Assembly: GCA_025201805.1 (NCBI GenBank)
Contig: MU619289.1
Coordinates: 1-64,000 of the forward strand
Length of the DNA stretch: 64,000 nucleotides
Reading direction: 5' to 3'
Source of the DNA: Parasitella parasitica NRRL 2501
Lineage: Eukaryota; Fungi; Mucoromycota
Shown piece after piece: positions 11,411 through 25,361 of the stretch (position 1 is its first letter; each line of letters starts with the position of its first letter). The position numbers and the translations under genes are program-made. Below the pieces are notes generated by a model that did no database searches, had not been told where the DNA came from, and saw only the letters and a program-made list of their open reading frames with translations.

Positions 11411-12984
11411 AGCTTAGCGAATTATCAGAACCTTCAATAATTGTCACCTGGTTAGTGTCATTTGCAAACCTCATAAAGCATTACAAACTTACTATGTACT
11501 TTATGTGTATGTTGAATGTAAAGTGCAAAAATATATAATATACAAAAAAAAAAAAAGAAGTTAACCTGGTTGATTGAGTTTTTTGTCTTGTAACATGCAT
11601 CGTTGATTGTTTGTCGATTTTGTTTGCTGGTATAAAGATGTTTATTTTAGAATTGACTTGATTCATGTAATAGCACACTTATTTCAAAAGCTGTGGTGTT
11701 AATATGGATGTAAATACATTTTTGATCAAATACATTGTCAGTGGATCGACTGCTTATCATTTTGAATATGCTCATCTACTTGTATTGCGCACCCATTGCT
11801 TCATAATTTCCGATTTACAACAGCATCCTATTTTAAACTGTTATTTTCCTATGTATATTTTTGCGTGTGTTTTTTACCGATCATTATATTACTGTCTTCT
11901 TTCCAAAGTGTTCTGATACATGTAATAAACAAACATATGAACCAAAAGGCCTACTTTTGCTGAATCAGTCAAGACATGAATTTATCACTTGTATTTTATT
12001 TGTTTGGATGAGACTATTCGAAAGCCTGTGTTAGATGTCGATATTGACGATTTTTTTTTTATCTGATCTGAGCAAGATTATTCAGTCATTGCCTCATTTT
12101 TGTACGGGCAGCATAGATAATAAAATGAAAGGCTAACAATACATGTGTCTTGATTTTATGAAACTAATTTCAACATCCAGAGCTTTTTAATCGTAACTAT
12201 AAAGCACTCTGAAGTTTTTACTTTGATATATCTTTTTCTATTTGGCCTGTCGAGAAGTCAAACACTCTTTACAAGCTATATCAAGATGCATTCACAATCT
12301 GCTGCCAATTCAAAACTGCTGCAGCAGCATTGCGATAAAACCGATAAATCATTATTTTTCTAGGACTTCAAAATCGGCCGAAAAGGTCATCTAATTTGGG
12401 GAACTATGTTTGTTCCTACTAGTGTCTTAAATGAACCAACTTTATTGGATATTAGTATAGGTTTGAAGACATAGTCATTATGTATTTTACCAGAATTACT
12501 GTTGGTATTAGTTATCTATAATTTAGCAGTGTAAAAAGGGAAAGCGGTGTAGAGTGGGATAGTTGATATATTATATTATTTCGGGTAGGTTAAGTAACAC
12601 GATCTTAGTGTTGATGTTTATTAGAAAAGAGGCTTGTCTCAGAACACATCTTTTATGCCATCAAAGTAGCAGAAATCAAGCCCATTCTCTAACTTAAATG
12701 GTTATCTAGTAACCAATAGACCTAATTTTCATTCAATAGAGAATAATTTATGCTGCCTTGCTCATTATGGTACTCTTAGGGGTGCAAAACTCGATCTTTA
12801 TCTAGAATTTAGCATTAATACAAGGCATAATAACCACTGAGCTTCATAAAGTATCAGGCGCATCTAAAGGTCTACAATTATTGATTGAATTCATTTATTG
12901 TAGAGTCTGATATGAAAGGGTAAAAATAATATTCTTTATTATGCTAAATCTAAGATGTAAAAAAAAATAAATGTGGATTATGAT

Positions 12985-15900
12985 TTATGTTGTTGTCAAA
13001 ATTCTCATCATTTCGTCCAACTGATCATCAACAGAAGATAATGCTTTCTCGTTCATGGCATAATGCATCTCTTCTTCATCTTCTTCACTTATATCACCAG
13101 GATATTCATGTTGTTGCTGTTGCTCTTGCATCATTTTCAATAAATTAGGTAATGTTACTTGGTCAGAATAAAAGATGTCTGTTTTAGTATTATGGACATG
13201 ATCGCCCGAGATGTCTCTTCTTGGGGATCGTCTTGGGACAGGGGGAGGGGAACTGCTGTATTGCGCATTGCTGGTATATGAAATGCTGCTGCTGCTGTTG
13301 CTCTTTTTCATCACCTTATTTTTAAAGTAATCTTCTCCACGGGTATCTTCCTCCTCATCGTTGTCCTCTCCATCTTCGACGAGCTCCAGTTCATTCTGCT
13401 TATTGGGAGCATAGAAGCTCTTGCGATTGCCCTGTTTCTTGACAACGCCCCAAACAACTGATCCATCGCTCATTTCTCGTAACTCAACGCCTTCTACGTA
13501 ACCTTCTGGTTTCTGCTGGTTGTTGGCAGGCAACAGCTCACCTTCATCCATGCTCTGAAGTTGCCATCTTCGTTTTGATCCGTTCCTGGACAGCATACCA
13601 CCGGCACTTGTGTTTTCACTGTGAGTAGACGTTGCTTTTTGCAACGGTGATAACCCAGAGTTGTTGCTGCTGCTGCCGCCATCTTGTGTTTCAACGACTC
13701 TCTTTCGGACAGAGGTTTGTCTGCTCACCTTGGTGGCTGTAATGTACTCTTTTGATCGGATAGTCTCATCATCAAGGAAGAGAGATTCATCGGACACAAC
13801 TGTATTTCTTGTCTCAACATCCGTCTCTTGTGGTTTTTCAAGACGGGACAAGGGAGGTATTTGGAAGTTGTTGTTACTACTGCCACCATTCTTGAGCAAA
13901 TCATGCAAAGAATCAGGTTGCACATATATGATGGTCTTTCGCACAACCTGAGCCCTCTTTTTCGCAGCAGACTCTTCTTCCATATTTACAACCTTTGTGG
14001 AATTGCTTCGTTTGCTTTTGTTCGCAGATGAAGCTCTTGACAACAAGTGAGCGATCAGACGGCTACCAGAACCGCTGATGGCATCTGATTTAGATCGTGG
14101 CCTTCTTTTTTGAGGCTGCGGCTGTATTTCTACCTTTTCTTCAGGAGCCTTCTTTTTTCCATGCTTGGCTACATTATGTTGAATGACAGCCATGGCAGCT
14201 CGCGACAAGCCTGACGTATCGGCGGCAGCAGCAGCAGTGCTGTTGTCGAGGGGGTTGACTGGTTTGCTTTGATGACTTGCGCTAAGGTTACGAACAAGGC
14301 CTTTAATGGAGCTGACTCCACCTGTGCTAGAATGTGTCTTGCTCCTGTTCACTTGACGGAAATTACTGAAAATACCCCTTGATTTTTGAGGTTTTGATTG
14401 TTGCTGCTGTTGTGATGGAGCTGATCCCACTTGGTTTTGAATTGGAAAAAGCTCTTTGATTCTACTTGTAGCTGATTTGTTATCTTCAGTGATCCAGTCT
14501 AGTGCTGAAGACGTGACAGACGACCCGTCGACGTCTAGGTTGGCTTGCATATCATCCACGGCTGCTGGTTTGCTGGTCTCATGTTTTCTGAAACGAGATT
14601 CAATGGGTTCTTTTTCATAATCTTGCAGACGAGCAAGTGGTGGTGTAGATGGGGGTGATGGCCTTAATTGCGAGTCTTTGTCAGATTTGGCACTACTGCT
14701 GGCAGCAGATGACGATCTGTTTGATAGAACCTCTCTGGACTGATTCGTATAATGGTGGACGTTGTTTGCTGTAGGCCGCAAGTTGAGCGCAATAGGAGTT
14801 TTAGACATTGTTGTTAGTTCAACATCCTCTAATGGTATGAATAAAGGGGAGTTAGTTAATAAAGAAAAACGTGCATTCTCAACCTTGGTACCTTCATCTG
14901 ATTCAATGGCGATTTTGTTGCTATCTCCTTCTTCGATGGGCTGATAGCTGCCTCTGTTACTGTTTGCTGGACTACTGCCGCCATTGGCACTGCTAAAGCT
15001 ATTTGCTGTGCTACTTCCATGATCACTATTCATAAACGGCATTTTTTCAATTCCCAAATCTTGGATTTTCTGGGCCATAACAAGAGAATCAGGTTCAGGA
15101 TCAGGAGCAAAACTAGACGCAGAAGCAGAAGCAGGAGGGGATGGAGTTCCTGTATTCGTGTGGGGTTTAATCGAATTCGAGGACGGCAATGGTGGTATAA
15201 TCTTTAGAGAATCTGTACTGCCACTCGTAGTCATGCTGGACATTCTTTGTCTCTGTCGTTCTAATAACTTTTCCAGCTCAAATTCATCGTCTTCTGTCAT
15301 AACTATTCGACTTTCTCGTGGTTGAATAACAGAAAGCCGATTGTCATGCAAATCTTTTGCAAACGACGAGAGGTTAAACTTGTTGTTTGCTGCTTTTTGC
15401 AATCTTTGACGACGACCATTTGCGTTGCTCTTGGTAGGATTGCGTTTTTTAGGTTTATCGTTATCATTTCCAGAGAAGTCTTGAAAGAAAAAGTTTTCTT
15501 CTGTATCAGAATCAGGCTCGTAATCTTCTTGCAACAACTCTTTGTCATCTTCTACTTCATCATCGTTGCTGAAGCTTTCTTCCTCCTCTTCTACGTCAAC
15601 TTGGTCTATTGCTGATGCTTCTTCTATTGTCTCTTGAGTCAATTGAACGAATGGATCTGTGCTTTCCGCCTGCTTTTTTAGTTGGAAGCATGAAAAAAAA
15701 AAAAAAATTAGTATAAAGCCAATATTTTCTTGGTACAAGCTTGATTTACATTTGCAGTAGTTTCTTCTTCAATATCTTGATCTGCAATATTGGCGAATCT
15801 TTTATGCGAAACAGGCTTTGGTCTGCCTCTTTGTTTGCCGCCAAATAGGCCATTGGAGTATCTATTTTGGTTTTTTAGGTGTCTCCAAGCAGCCAAATCC

Positions 15901-16226
15901 TGGTATTGATTTGACCCTTCGTTTTCAAATGAGAGGTAGGCGCTGGAAGAGCCGAATGTCGAAGCTGGTGGAGGCGATAGTGGAGGCGAAAGAGTCTCAG
16001 GAATTTGTCGCAGTAAAGCAAGATGTTCCTGTTGACGCAAAAGCTTATTCGGGTCAATGTTTTTATTGAGTTGAGGTAGAATTACTGACGAGCGGAAGTC
16101 ATGAGTTAGATGAATGTCGTCCAGCAGTTTGTAATTCCTAGTTTCAGCCTCCATCTTAGCAATAGCAGCAGCGGCAGCGTCTGCTTCTTTCTTTTCTTGA
16201 AGTCTCTTCTTTTTACTTTTAAACAT
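12985..16226 (-). CDS. Large Ser/acidic-rich, largely disordered hypothetical protein (about 1050 aa)
   Basis: The 172-aa and 917-aa ORFs join in phase 0 through a likely intron at 15670-15749 (GTAAAT...ACTAAT...CAG). Confidence 0.75.
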
Positions 16227-17818
16227 TTGGTTGTTGTATGAAGGAAGAAAAAAAAAAGCTAAAGAACAAGATTAAAAGAGTGAGAGAAAGGGGTGGAAAG
16301 GTTACTAAAGTGATTTATTTCAAGTAACACGAAAGTTATTCAGTTCCTCCTCATCAAAGAGGCCTCTTTCTTATGTCTCCTATTTCAATCGCAATCATCG
16401 CAATATAATTTTGCAAAGAATCGTTATTATATCGTGCACTTGGATAAAGTAGCTTATTTACACATGGAATGTAGTTGTTTTCTGTTACACTATAGATGTT
16501 GCGCGGAGAGCACATGTCTGCTTGGGCTATTTAGCTTTGTAAAATGATAGCAGCATTCAGTTTTAGTGTCTGATTCCATATCAACTCCGTAGATTTTGCT
16601 GTTCGTTTTTAATCAACCATGTTTCTACTGATCTTCTATATTTAAAAATACGCGCTTCATAATCACAATATTTACAAGAGCTGCTGCATTCAACTATTGA
16701 TTCCATTATTGCAGCCTTCTCAATTACTTTCTTGACCAACTAAGCAGTATTACAATAGTGATGTGGCACAAATAATTTGCCATGGACAGGCCAATAGACT
16801 GTATTTGGCAAAAATCAATTTATTGACATTTAATAATGTCTAAAAAATAGATTACACGTTATATGATTGTAAATCATACACCCGTTTTTGTCTCATGATA
16901 TGTGCTTCATTTGCATCTGATGATGCTGTTGTCAATCTTCGATGCATCACCAGTCAATGAATCTATATATAACCTCTTCATCTCCTTCCTGATCTTTTTC
17001 AAACGCCCTTTTTATTCTTGGCAGGGGATCAAGAAGATCTTTGCTGGCCAATATCCAAGTTAGTGTATAGGCAGCAAACGAACTTGGTGAGAAGCATAAA
17101 TAGTTTATATATATGCACTTTCACTTGTTTTGGATGAGAGCAGTAGACTTGAAGCTGCCGTTGGCCGCCTGCTGTTTTTTCAAGTGTACAAATGCGCAAA
17201 AGCAACATTACATGAGAGGTATATTTTCAACCACAAATGTTGAACATTTGAGAAATCGCGGTTGCTTGACTTCAGTCTAAGACGTTCCATATCTTGTCAT
17301 ATAGAACAGACAGAGGCAGAAATATCCTATTGCAAACTCTTTTGTTAATTATAAAGAATTGCTAAATAGTGTAAATTGTAATCCAATGTCAAAAGTACGG
17401 TACTAGCACATGTAGATAAGAACTTTGATTCTTGGTCATGTATCGACTTTCTTTATATGGTTTTAGTCGAAAGCGGAAGATCGCAATACTATGGACAGCT
17501 AGTACTATGCTGCAGCTTTTAGATACAAGGATGTCGTCCTCGCTCTTGATAATAAAGAGAATTCTTTGGCGGATAGAATAAGTTTACGCTACTTTCTTGA
17601 TACAACAATCAGTTGAGGCAACTTTGTTATTCACTCAATCCTAGACAATACGAATAGATCAAAAGTCCTCTGATCCTTGCTCATGAAACCCAAAAAAATA
17701 AAACTAAAAAAGTCTACAACGAAATATAACACATTCATGAAAAACAGCTATAATAATGTCGAAAGCCCAAGTAAAGAGTAGGCGTAATTTATATATATTA
17801 AATATGCTATTATATTAT

Positions 17819-19580
17819 TCAAACATCTATTTCAAAGTTTGTGATCTGAGGAAGATAAGCGCAAGCGCTAAGCTCCAGCATATGAACATCGTCAAACACA
17901 TTTTTGCCGTCGTACCCTCCCAACACATACAGTCGAGAATCATAAAGTACTGTGGTATGGTATCCACGAGGATTGGGAGCGACACCGTACACCTTTCTAG
18001 CTTCCCAGCTCATGGTAACTATTATTCAGGTTTTTATGTTAGGCTTCGTTTGCAGCGCCAGTAGAAGAGAGTAAACTCACCTAAATTAAACAGCAGGACA
18101 TCTTGAGAGTAACGTCTGCCATCATGACCTCCAATAACAAAAACATAAGACCCAACTTGTGTCGAGGTATGGGCTAGCCTTGGAATTTTACGGTCCAAGT
18201 CAATTTGGCTCCATCTCCTTTTGACTAGATCCAGCACATGTACATCCTCAAAACAATCATGCCCATCGCTTCCACCGAAAACAATCAACTTGTCTTTTAC
18301 CAGGTTACTGGTATGATAGCCTCTTGCAGGAGGAGGAATGCCAGATGTCTCGAGCTTCTTCCAACGTAAGGTTTCGGCTTGAGGATTGGATATATCCAGC
18401 ATGTGCACATCATCAAGGGCGCGAGCACCATCCCCGCCCCCGATAACAATGATTTTGCCCTCCCATAAACAAGTAGTATGCGCTCTTCGTCTCGATGGTC
18501 GCGAATCAATTTCGACATTAGGTTTGGACCAAATTAGCGTTTCTGCATCCAATACGTAAATATCTTGAAAATAATCAGGCCCATTACCCCCACCAAAGAT
18601 ATACATTTGGTGTGATCTTCTGCCTGAGCCCAAGTCTCGCTCGACCACTGTACACGAATGGGCTCGGCAAGGAGGTGGGCCTTGCTGACTGTTTATACGT
18701 GGCTTTGACCATGTCATGGTATCTACATGTATGGTAGAGTTAACTTTCAGTGTCAAGCAATAGCCTCCCTGAGGAAATACCTGCCCATATCAAGAATATA
18801 AAGGGTATTGAAGCAAAGCGATGTATCACAACCGCCAAACACATAGAGTTTTTCGCCAATCAAATTGGCAGTGTGAGCACGAAGAGGACGAGAGGGGTTG
18901 CGTCCATAAGTCATTGTGCGAGACCAGTACATACCAGCGGCGGGAGTTGGGGCTATTGCAGCATTTGTAGTGCTTAACTCGATGGCAGCGGCTAAATGAT
19001 CAGGGGTTTTGTTGCTCTGGCTGGTGTTTGATTTAGAGAGTGAATGGGATTTGGAGGAGGCTGTTGCTGGATGTGCATGTCTGGATTTAGATCGGGATTG
19101 TCGAGTTGGAATACGGTTAGAATAGTCATCTAATTGCTGCTGCATTTGGTTACTAGTGGCGTGCATAGCTAGCAGGAACATTTAAAAACTTATAGTGCAC
19201 TGTTGACGCAACTTACTTGATGTTGGAGATGCGGGGCCCATATCGCTTGATCCTGTACTGCTGGTACTTGGTTTTGTCAAATTTAATTTCAAATCTCGAG
19301 AATTGTCATTCGACGTTGAGTTCGAGGAAATGATGGCATCATGCATTTTGCCATTTTCAGGTGGCAAGGTAGGAGATTCAGCCCTCTGAAAAATACTCGA
19401 ATCAAACTGTTTGTTATTGTTGTTGTTGCCGTTGTTGTTGTCATTAGGAAACAGCATCGAGGATTGGCTTGTGGCCGAGAATGAGTTGGAGCGAGAGCCG
19501 TACACTACTCTTTTAGAATTTCTGGCTCCAGGAGATGACGATGTTGATGTTGATGTCGACAAAGAAGACGTAGGTTTCAT
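17819..19580 (-). CDS. Kelch-repeat protein (Kel1/Tea1/RABEPK-like) with Ser-rich N-terminus
   Basis: Six kelch blades (FGG/IGG...W). Introns 19169-19216, 18723-18784 (GC-AG) and 18019-18080. Confidence 0.88.
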
Positions 19581-20581
19581 TTTCTTTTTTTTTCTTTCTT
19601 TCTTTTCAAGACAAAATTCAAAACAAAATAAAAAAAGAGAGGGAAGAGAGAAAGAAATTCAAATCGGGAGTCAACAAGACAAAACAAAACAAAAAAAAAT
19701 GAAATGATTATATTAAATTAGAATGTTGTACAAAGGCATTTAAAAGGGGTAAAAGAACTCATGACGAAAACCAACGTTTATACTCTTGCGCAAATGCATT
19801 GTCTTCCAAGGCATTGATCTCAAGCAGCTGCAACGACTCGCTCAAGCTGACAGCTAAAATATGTCGACACTATTCCGAGGATGAGCTTCCCAAAACAAAC
19901 ATGCCGAATCTAAACAGCTATATGTACTCTACCATCGTCATCTCGTTTCCAAAGATTACGCCGTCCATGAATTTATCACAGTTGCAATATCTCGGTGCTA
20001 TCATGCATGTATTGATAATTCCCTGGGATTGCCCGTCCTGCTCTGAGATGCATTCATTCGAGACCCTGTAGAGGGCTCTTCCTGAAGCTGATTGAACCTT
20101 GGTCACTGTTTCAAGAAGCCATCAGCACAAATGGCACAAGCATCAATATCATGTACAGCTGACTATTATACACTCGACCTTGTTTTCCCTCTGCCAATTG
20201 CAACGATTCCAGCAATGTCTTGTCGAATATCGCATAAAGTGTCAATGTAGTTTCTTTAGTTACTTGAGTCAAGAACTGCGTCAGTCATGTAATCAAATGT
20301 ATGTAAATTAATCTCGATTTACATGTGCCTTCTTCTTTAAGCTGTCTAAAAACCAAATCGGTTATTTCATCTGAATAATGCTGCATCTTCAGCGGAAAAA
20401 AAAAATAGCCTCCCTGGTTGAACAACAACATGTCGAGATGGAATCATGAACCCAACAACGCGACAGTCACTGAGTACAGCCAGTTTGTACACTGGTACAG
20501 GTACCGTACCTATCCTGAGGCTATGACTTCATTATGCTTTGTGCATTACGCTATTGTTTTTATCTTTTGCAACAATCGAAA

Positions 20582-22107
20582 ATGGGGAATGGACAGAGCC
20601 GCGACAAGTCAAGAGAATCAGAACTGTGGTCTCATTGGTCTCCTGAAGAAAAGGAACAACTGGAAAGGGTGTATGATAAAGGCGATGCTAGTTCGACATT
20701 GCCAGACTACTTGGAACCAGATTTGGCTGCTGGTATCATAGCAACGCTTTTACAGCCCGAGAAGAGCATACAGGACTACCTAGCAACAGCTTATTCAATC
20801 ATCAAGACCAAAGAAGCAGGCCCAGTATACAGCGTATTCCAGAAATGCATGAAGAATCAGCAGATATCGTTGCAAGATTTTGTTACATTAATAGTTAAAT
20901 CAGCCATCCCGTTATGGTGGCAAGACGGCAGTTCATTCCAGTGGACAAATGGCTCTGAGCAGGATCATAGACCTCTAGTCGACTACTTTATAAATCATGC
21001 TCAAGCAGAAGCCAGCAAGAAAAGAGAATCTATGGCTTGGTTAGCAGAGGACAATGCCCAGCAGCAAAACAAGGAGGAAAAACATGGAGACGGTTGGCAG
21101 GAAATGGCATCTTTAGCCCCTTCTCAGATTTCAGAAGCCGAGTTTTCGCAATGGATCGAGAACACACCTGGATTCAGAGGACTATTTCAATTGGTTACAG
21201 AGCATGTTTTGATGGGGAAGCCAACTGGCAATTTGCATTCGAGACGTCTCCACCACCTGGCATCGCCGCAAATACAGCAGCATGGTAAAGAAACCCGCAA
21301 AATATTGGGGAAGGACAGTTTTTCCAGTTTGATGACACCGTATGACTACTTTGTGCTGTCATTATCATTGCCTGCGAGCGCTCTATCATGGTCGGAATAC
21401 GAGCAAACTCAACGAAATGTGGATCGTGATGTGCAGCATGAAATGATATTCTCGTCCAAAAGAGATGGGTCAAGCTGGCAGGTGTTTGTCAGCAAGTTGG
21501 TAGGACAAGGAGCCACACTGGTGGTCATCAAAGCCAAAGATGGAGCTATATTTGGAGGTTACGCTGATGATAATTGGGAATATTGCAATACAAATTGGTA
21601 CGGCAACTCGACCAACTTTCTGTTCCGCTTGAGGGATGCATATGGCCGGTGGGGAGCTAGTTCTGGCACGAATGATCACTACCAGTACCTCTGCTGGGGC
21701 AAGAAGAGTTTGCCTAATGGGCTTGGGATGGGAGGACAGTTTGACTATGCTGGTTTGTGGGTGGATTCAGACTTTATACACGGCCACTCGAGAGCAGGGC
21801 CTCTATGTACAACGTACTTGAGCCCACAGTTAAGCAATGCTGATACATTTCTCATAGACAAAGTAGAAGGTGAGAATAGGAGACGCTCTGTATACGTTTT
21901 TCTTTTACTAAAATGTGCTTTAATGCAGTCTGGTTAGTCAGGCCGCTTGTGAAAGACGAGCAAAGTCAAGAAGGGTCAGGCGGAGGTGTCCTGGGCCATG
22001 CAGAAGACATGGAATTCATGGAAATGGCAGGCAAAAAGATGTATTCGAAAGACTTGGGCCCTGAGCCTACAGTTGACGACGATAGCAGCAGCAGCAGCAG
22101 TGAATAG
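20582..22107 (+). CDS. TLDc-domain protein, Rtc5/mEAK-7-like, probably N-myristoylated
   Basis: Start MGNGQS at 20582; TLDc motifs (SSKRDGSSW, IFGGY, GLGMGGQ, CTTYLSPQLS, VEVW); intron 21870-21928. Confidence 0.85.
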
Positions 22108-22275
22108 TGCTTTTTTTTTTTTCAAGCCCAATAAAACAATAGTGTTTCTATTTTTACCACTCCAAAAAAACTGGTGTGATGTTTGCTTTTTTAAATAGCA
22201 ACTCATCTCTGCTACAAAACGCAAACCATCCTCTTTTCTTTATTTCTTTTCTTTTATTTCTTCTCTTTTGAAAAC

Positions 22276-23369
22276 ATGTCCAGCAGTGTCGATTATCTTG
22301 TGGTGTATGGCGACTCCTATTCCGGTAAAAAAGCCTCTAGAAAACTAACGACAACTCGCTAACCTTGCTGATAGATGTTCATCAAGGATCCAAAAGAACA
22401 AACGGCCCCCTTTGGAGCGAGCAACTTGCATCTACGTGGAACACACAGCTCGTCTCTTTTGCAAAATCCGGAGCAACATTCTGTCCAAACAGCAAACCCG
22501 ACTCAAGCTGGCTCGAGAAACAGGTTGGGCTGGACGCCACCTTGCAAGAATCTGAAAAATCAAGCGTCCATGTCCTGTTTCTTGGTATCACTGATTTGGT
22601 AGAGACACAGGGAGGGGCTAATAACATTGACCAATGGCTGCAATGCATAAAAGATCAAGTGGCAAGTATATTATTGAGCTGCTGTCTAGCATACACTTTG
22701 TTATTAAAATCGACATGTCATTAGCTGTTCTTGAGCGAAAGCAGCCCTCATTCCCGCATTCTTATCATGGGTGTGCCCGCTTTAGAATTCTCGCCTTATG
22801 CAGCAGCACACAATTCGACAGCAGCCAACTTGAAGCAGAATATCCTTGACTTTAACGTGGCATTGGAGGAGGAAGTGCTAGAGTGGCGCAACGAGGCTTC
22901 AAATCAAATCGAGTTTTTTGACACCTACCTAGTGTTTAGCGACCTCCTAGGAGATCCTTCGGTGGCCAATGTCGACAACGTGGAGGATGCTTATTGGGAC
23001 AAATGCCAAGGAAGATGCGCGCAGGAAATGGACAGGTATCTCTGGTGGGATAGCATACACGTAACAGGATCAGGACACAAGGCCATTTCCCAGTCGATCC
23101 AATCAAAGGAATTCTTCAACCTCAAATCAACATCAGCATCAGAATCACAACCATCCTCAGCTTTTGAGGATATCACTGGACTGTCGCAAAAGTACACGAG
23201 ATGCATTTCATGGCTGATTTTATTGGCGATTTTGGGCATGGTGCTGTACATGTTTAGACACAATAGAGCCATTGTGTCAATTAAAAAGACAATTCAGTCA
23301 AAAGCGGCGAAAATTTACCCTTCGTTAGCACCTCAGAGAAGCAACAATCACGACTACACTCTTGTATAA
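22276..23369 (+). CDS. SGNH/GDSL-family esterase/lipase with a C-terminal TM helix
   Basis: Block I YGDSYSD across intron 22325-22374; block V WWDSIH; second intron about 22662-22724; hydrophobic helix ISWLILLAILGMVLYMF. Confidence 0.82.
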
Positions 23370-24060
23370 AAATTCTGCATGCTTTCTTCTTCTGCTTCTC
23401 TCCTCGTATCTCCCCCCTGAAAAAACAAAACAAAACAAAACCAACCCAAAAACCAAACTTTATGCTCGCCCATTTACGAATTATTGCCAAATAAAGATAC
23501 ATGGAAACATAAAGAAGTTGCTTTTTTTTTTTTCCTACCTGGATCATGTCAAAAGATGCATTTGTGTAAAAACTGATAAATACGGTATGCCTTTTTCTTA
23601 GGGGTTGGCTTTGGTAAATGGAAATCCGTGGAACAGGGGGATGGAATTATGTAAACAGTGTATATCCAACATGTTGTCAAAAATGACAAGTCAGAGTGGA
23701 CCAAACATTCTGTAAATATTCGCTCTAGGATTGAGGAAATGGCAAAATGTATAAATAGCATGCAGATCGCCAAACCACATCGATTCACAGGTAAATGTTG
23801 ATCATTGGTAAGTTTAACAAAATTTAATAAATGAGTGTATGTGACCTAATGCTGCTGCTTGTACAAAGAGCTGTCTATTAAAGTATATAACCATATAGGT
23901 ACATGTATTATGCTGCTAACTATCACTTTAAATCGCTGCTTATAAAAGCTAATTGGCATACGCATATCTCTTTTACTTTTCTCCTCTCTCTTTTTCCCTG
24001 ATAAGCTCTCCCTGATTTTCGGCTCAGTTAACATTATATGGAGAGTTCATATTAAGGGCT

Positions 24061-24132
24061 GTTACTACCACTCCTACCACCGCTCCTACCACCACCACCA
24101 CCACCACCACCACTGTTACTACTAATACTACC
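24061..24132. repeat. (ACC/ACT)n trinucleotide microsatellite in a 5' flank
   Basis: actaccactcctaccacc...accaccaccacc...actactaatact. Confidence 0.7.
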
Positions 24133-24149
24133 TTATTTTTCATTAGACC

Positions 24150-25361
24150 ATGAGCTCAAAGTCTTTACCGAGCAGCTTTAAGCATAATAATCGAGCCATT
24201 TTACACAACAGTAGTACCATATCTCGAGTGACGATAGAAGGTAGCAACAGTAGTGGCATTGATCAAATCCAATCAGCCTATAAAGACATGTACTCGTCCT
24301 CTTTTTCATCGTCCAATGTCAAGATATCCTCGCCACTTGCAAAGCCAGCATGGTACAATGAAGCAAATACTGTCAATACTAGCAGCAGCGGCACAGCCAG
24401 TGATAAAAGCTGGATGACTCGTCGGTGGTCCACTGTATCAGGGTCATTGATAGCTCGGCGAAAGGCCAAAAAATCCACAGCATCGCGGCTATGGGCCAAT
24501 CGGCAAAAGCGAAGGACATTTCCTCCATCCACCGACATTCTAAAACGAGAACGAAAGAGGTTTGCACTACCACCTGCTGTACCACCCATCATTAACAAGA
24601 AGCATTACCATCGACAGAGCTTGCAAGACATTTTAACTACATTCTACAAATACGACGACCCAAGCAGTAGCGGCAATAGCAGCAATGTAGACAGCGGCTC
24701 CAATTCTGCTCCCACAAGCTCCTCCTCCATGTCAAAAAAACTGGGCAGAATTTTGAAGAAAAAGGGGAAGCAGCCGCTGAAAAAGCCTGTTCTGATGATC
24801 AATACCAGCGCAAACTACTCAGAGCAGGAGCTCAAAGCAGCCATGATGTCCATGTTTCAACCGCCTGCCACCATCTCTAGCAAATCCTCAACGCCATCCT
24901 CTCCGCTTCGGTTCCCAACGCCGCCAAAGCGCTTTTCAGCTTACTACGTAAACAGCCAAGGCAAATCCGGCAGAGTGGATTACAGGGCCAAGATGGGCTT
25001 ATCAAACTATTTATTCAATGTAATACAGCATGGTGTGTTTTCGTCATCATCATTGCCACACCAGCCCAGCATCAGTAATGCGACCGAGGGCCAATATAGA
25101 GAGTACAATAAAGAGCTCCTGTTGAACGCAAGCTTATTCCTGTTTGGATTCGTCTTTTTCCCCTTTTGGTGGATTGGCACATGGCTTTATTTGAAAAGAA
25201 GAAAGCAGTTGGACTCGGATGAACTTTCTTGCAATGTTTATCACGACAACGACCTGTTTTCCATTCGAACAATTGCTTACTTGAACAGCATCTTCAGTTG
25301 CCTCAGTTTTATGCTTGTGGCCGTCGTTTTGTCGCTAGTTATCTGGCTAGTAAAGTCCTAA
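24150..25361 (+). CDS. Hypothetical protein with a Ser/Lys-rich N-terminus and two C-terminal TM helices
   Basis: 403-aa ORF; LFLFGFVFFPFWWIG motif and a terminal hydrophobic helix. Confidence 0.75.
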   Translation: MSSKSLPSSFKHNNRAILHNSSTISRVTIEGSNSSGIDQIQSAYKDMYSSSFSSSNVKISSPLAKPAWYNEANTVNTSSSGTASDKSWMTRRWSTVSGSLIARRKAKKSTASRLWANRQKRRTFPPSTDILKRERKRFALPPAVPPIINKKHYHRQSLQDILTTFYKYDDPSSSGNSSNVDSGSNSAPTSSSSMSKKLGRILKKKGKQPLKKPVLMINTSANYSEQELKAAMMSMFQPPATISSKSSTPSSPLRFPTPPKRFSAYYVNSQGKSGRVDYRAKMGLSNYLFNVIQHGVFSSSSLPHQPSISNATEGQYREYNKELLLNASLFLFGFVFFPFWWIGTWLYLKRRKQLDSDELSCNVYHDNDLFSIRTIAYLNSIFSCLSFMLVAVVLSLVIWLVKS

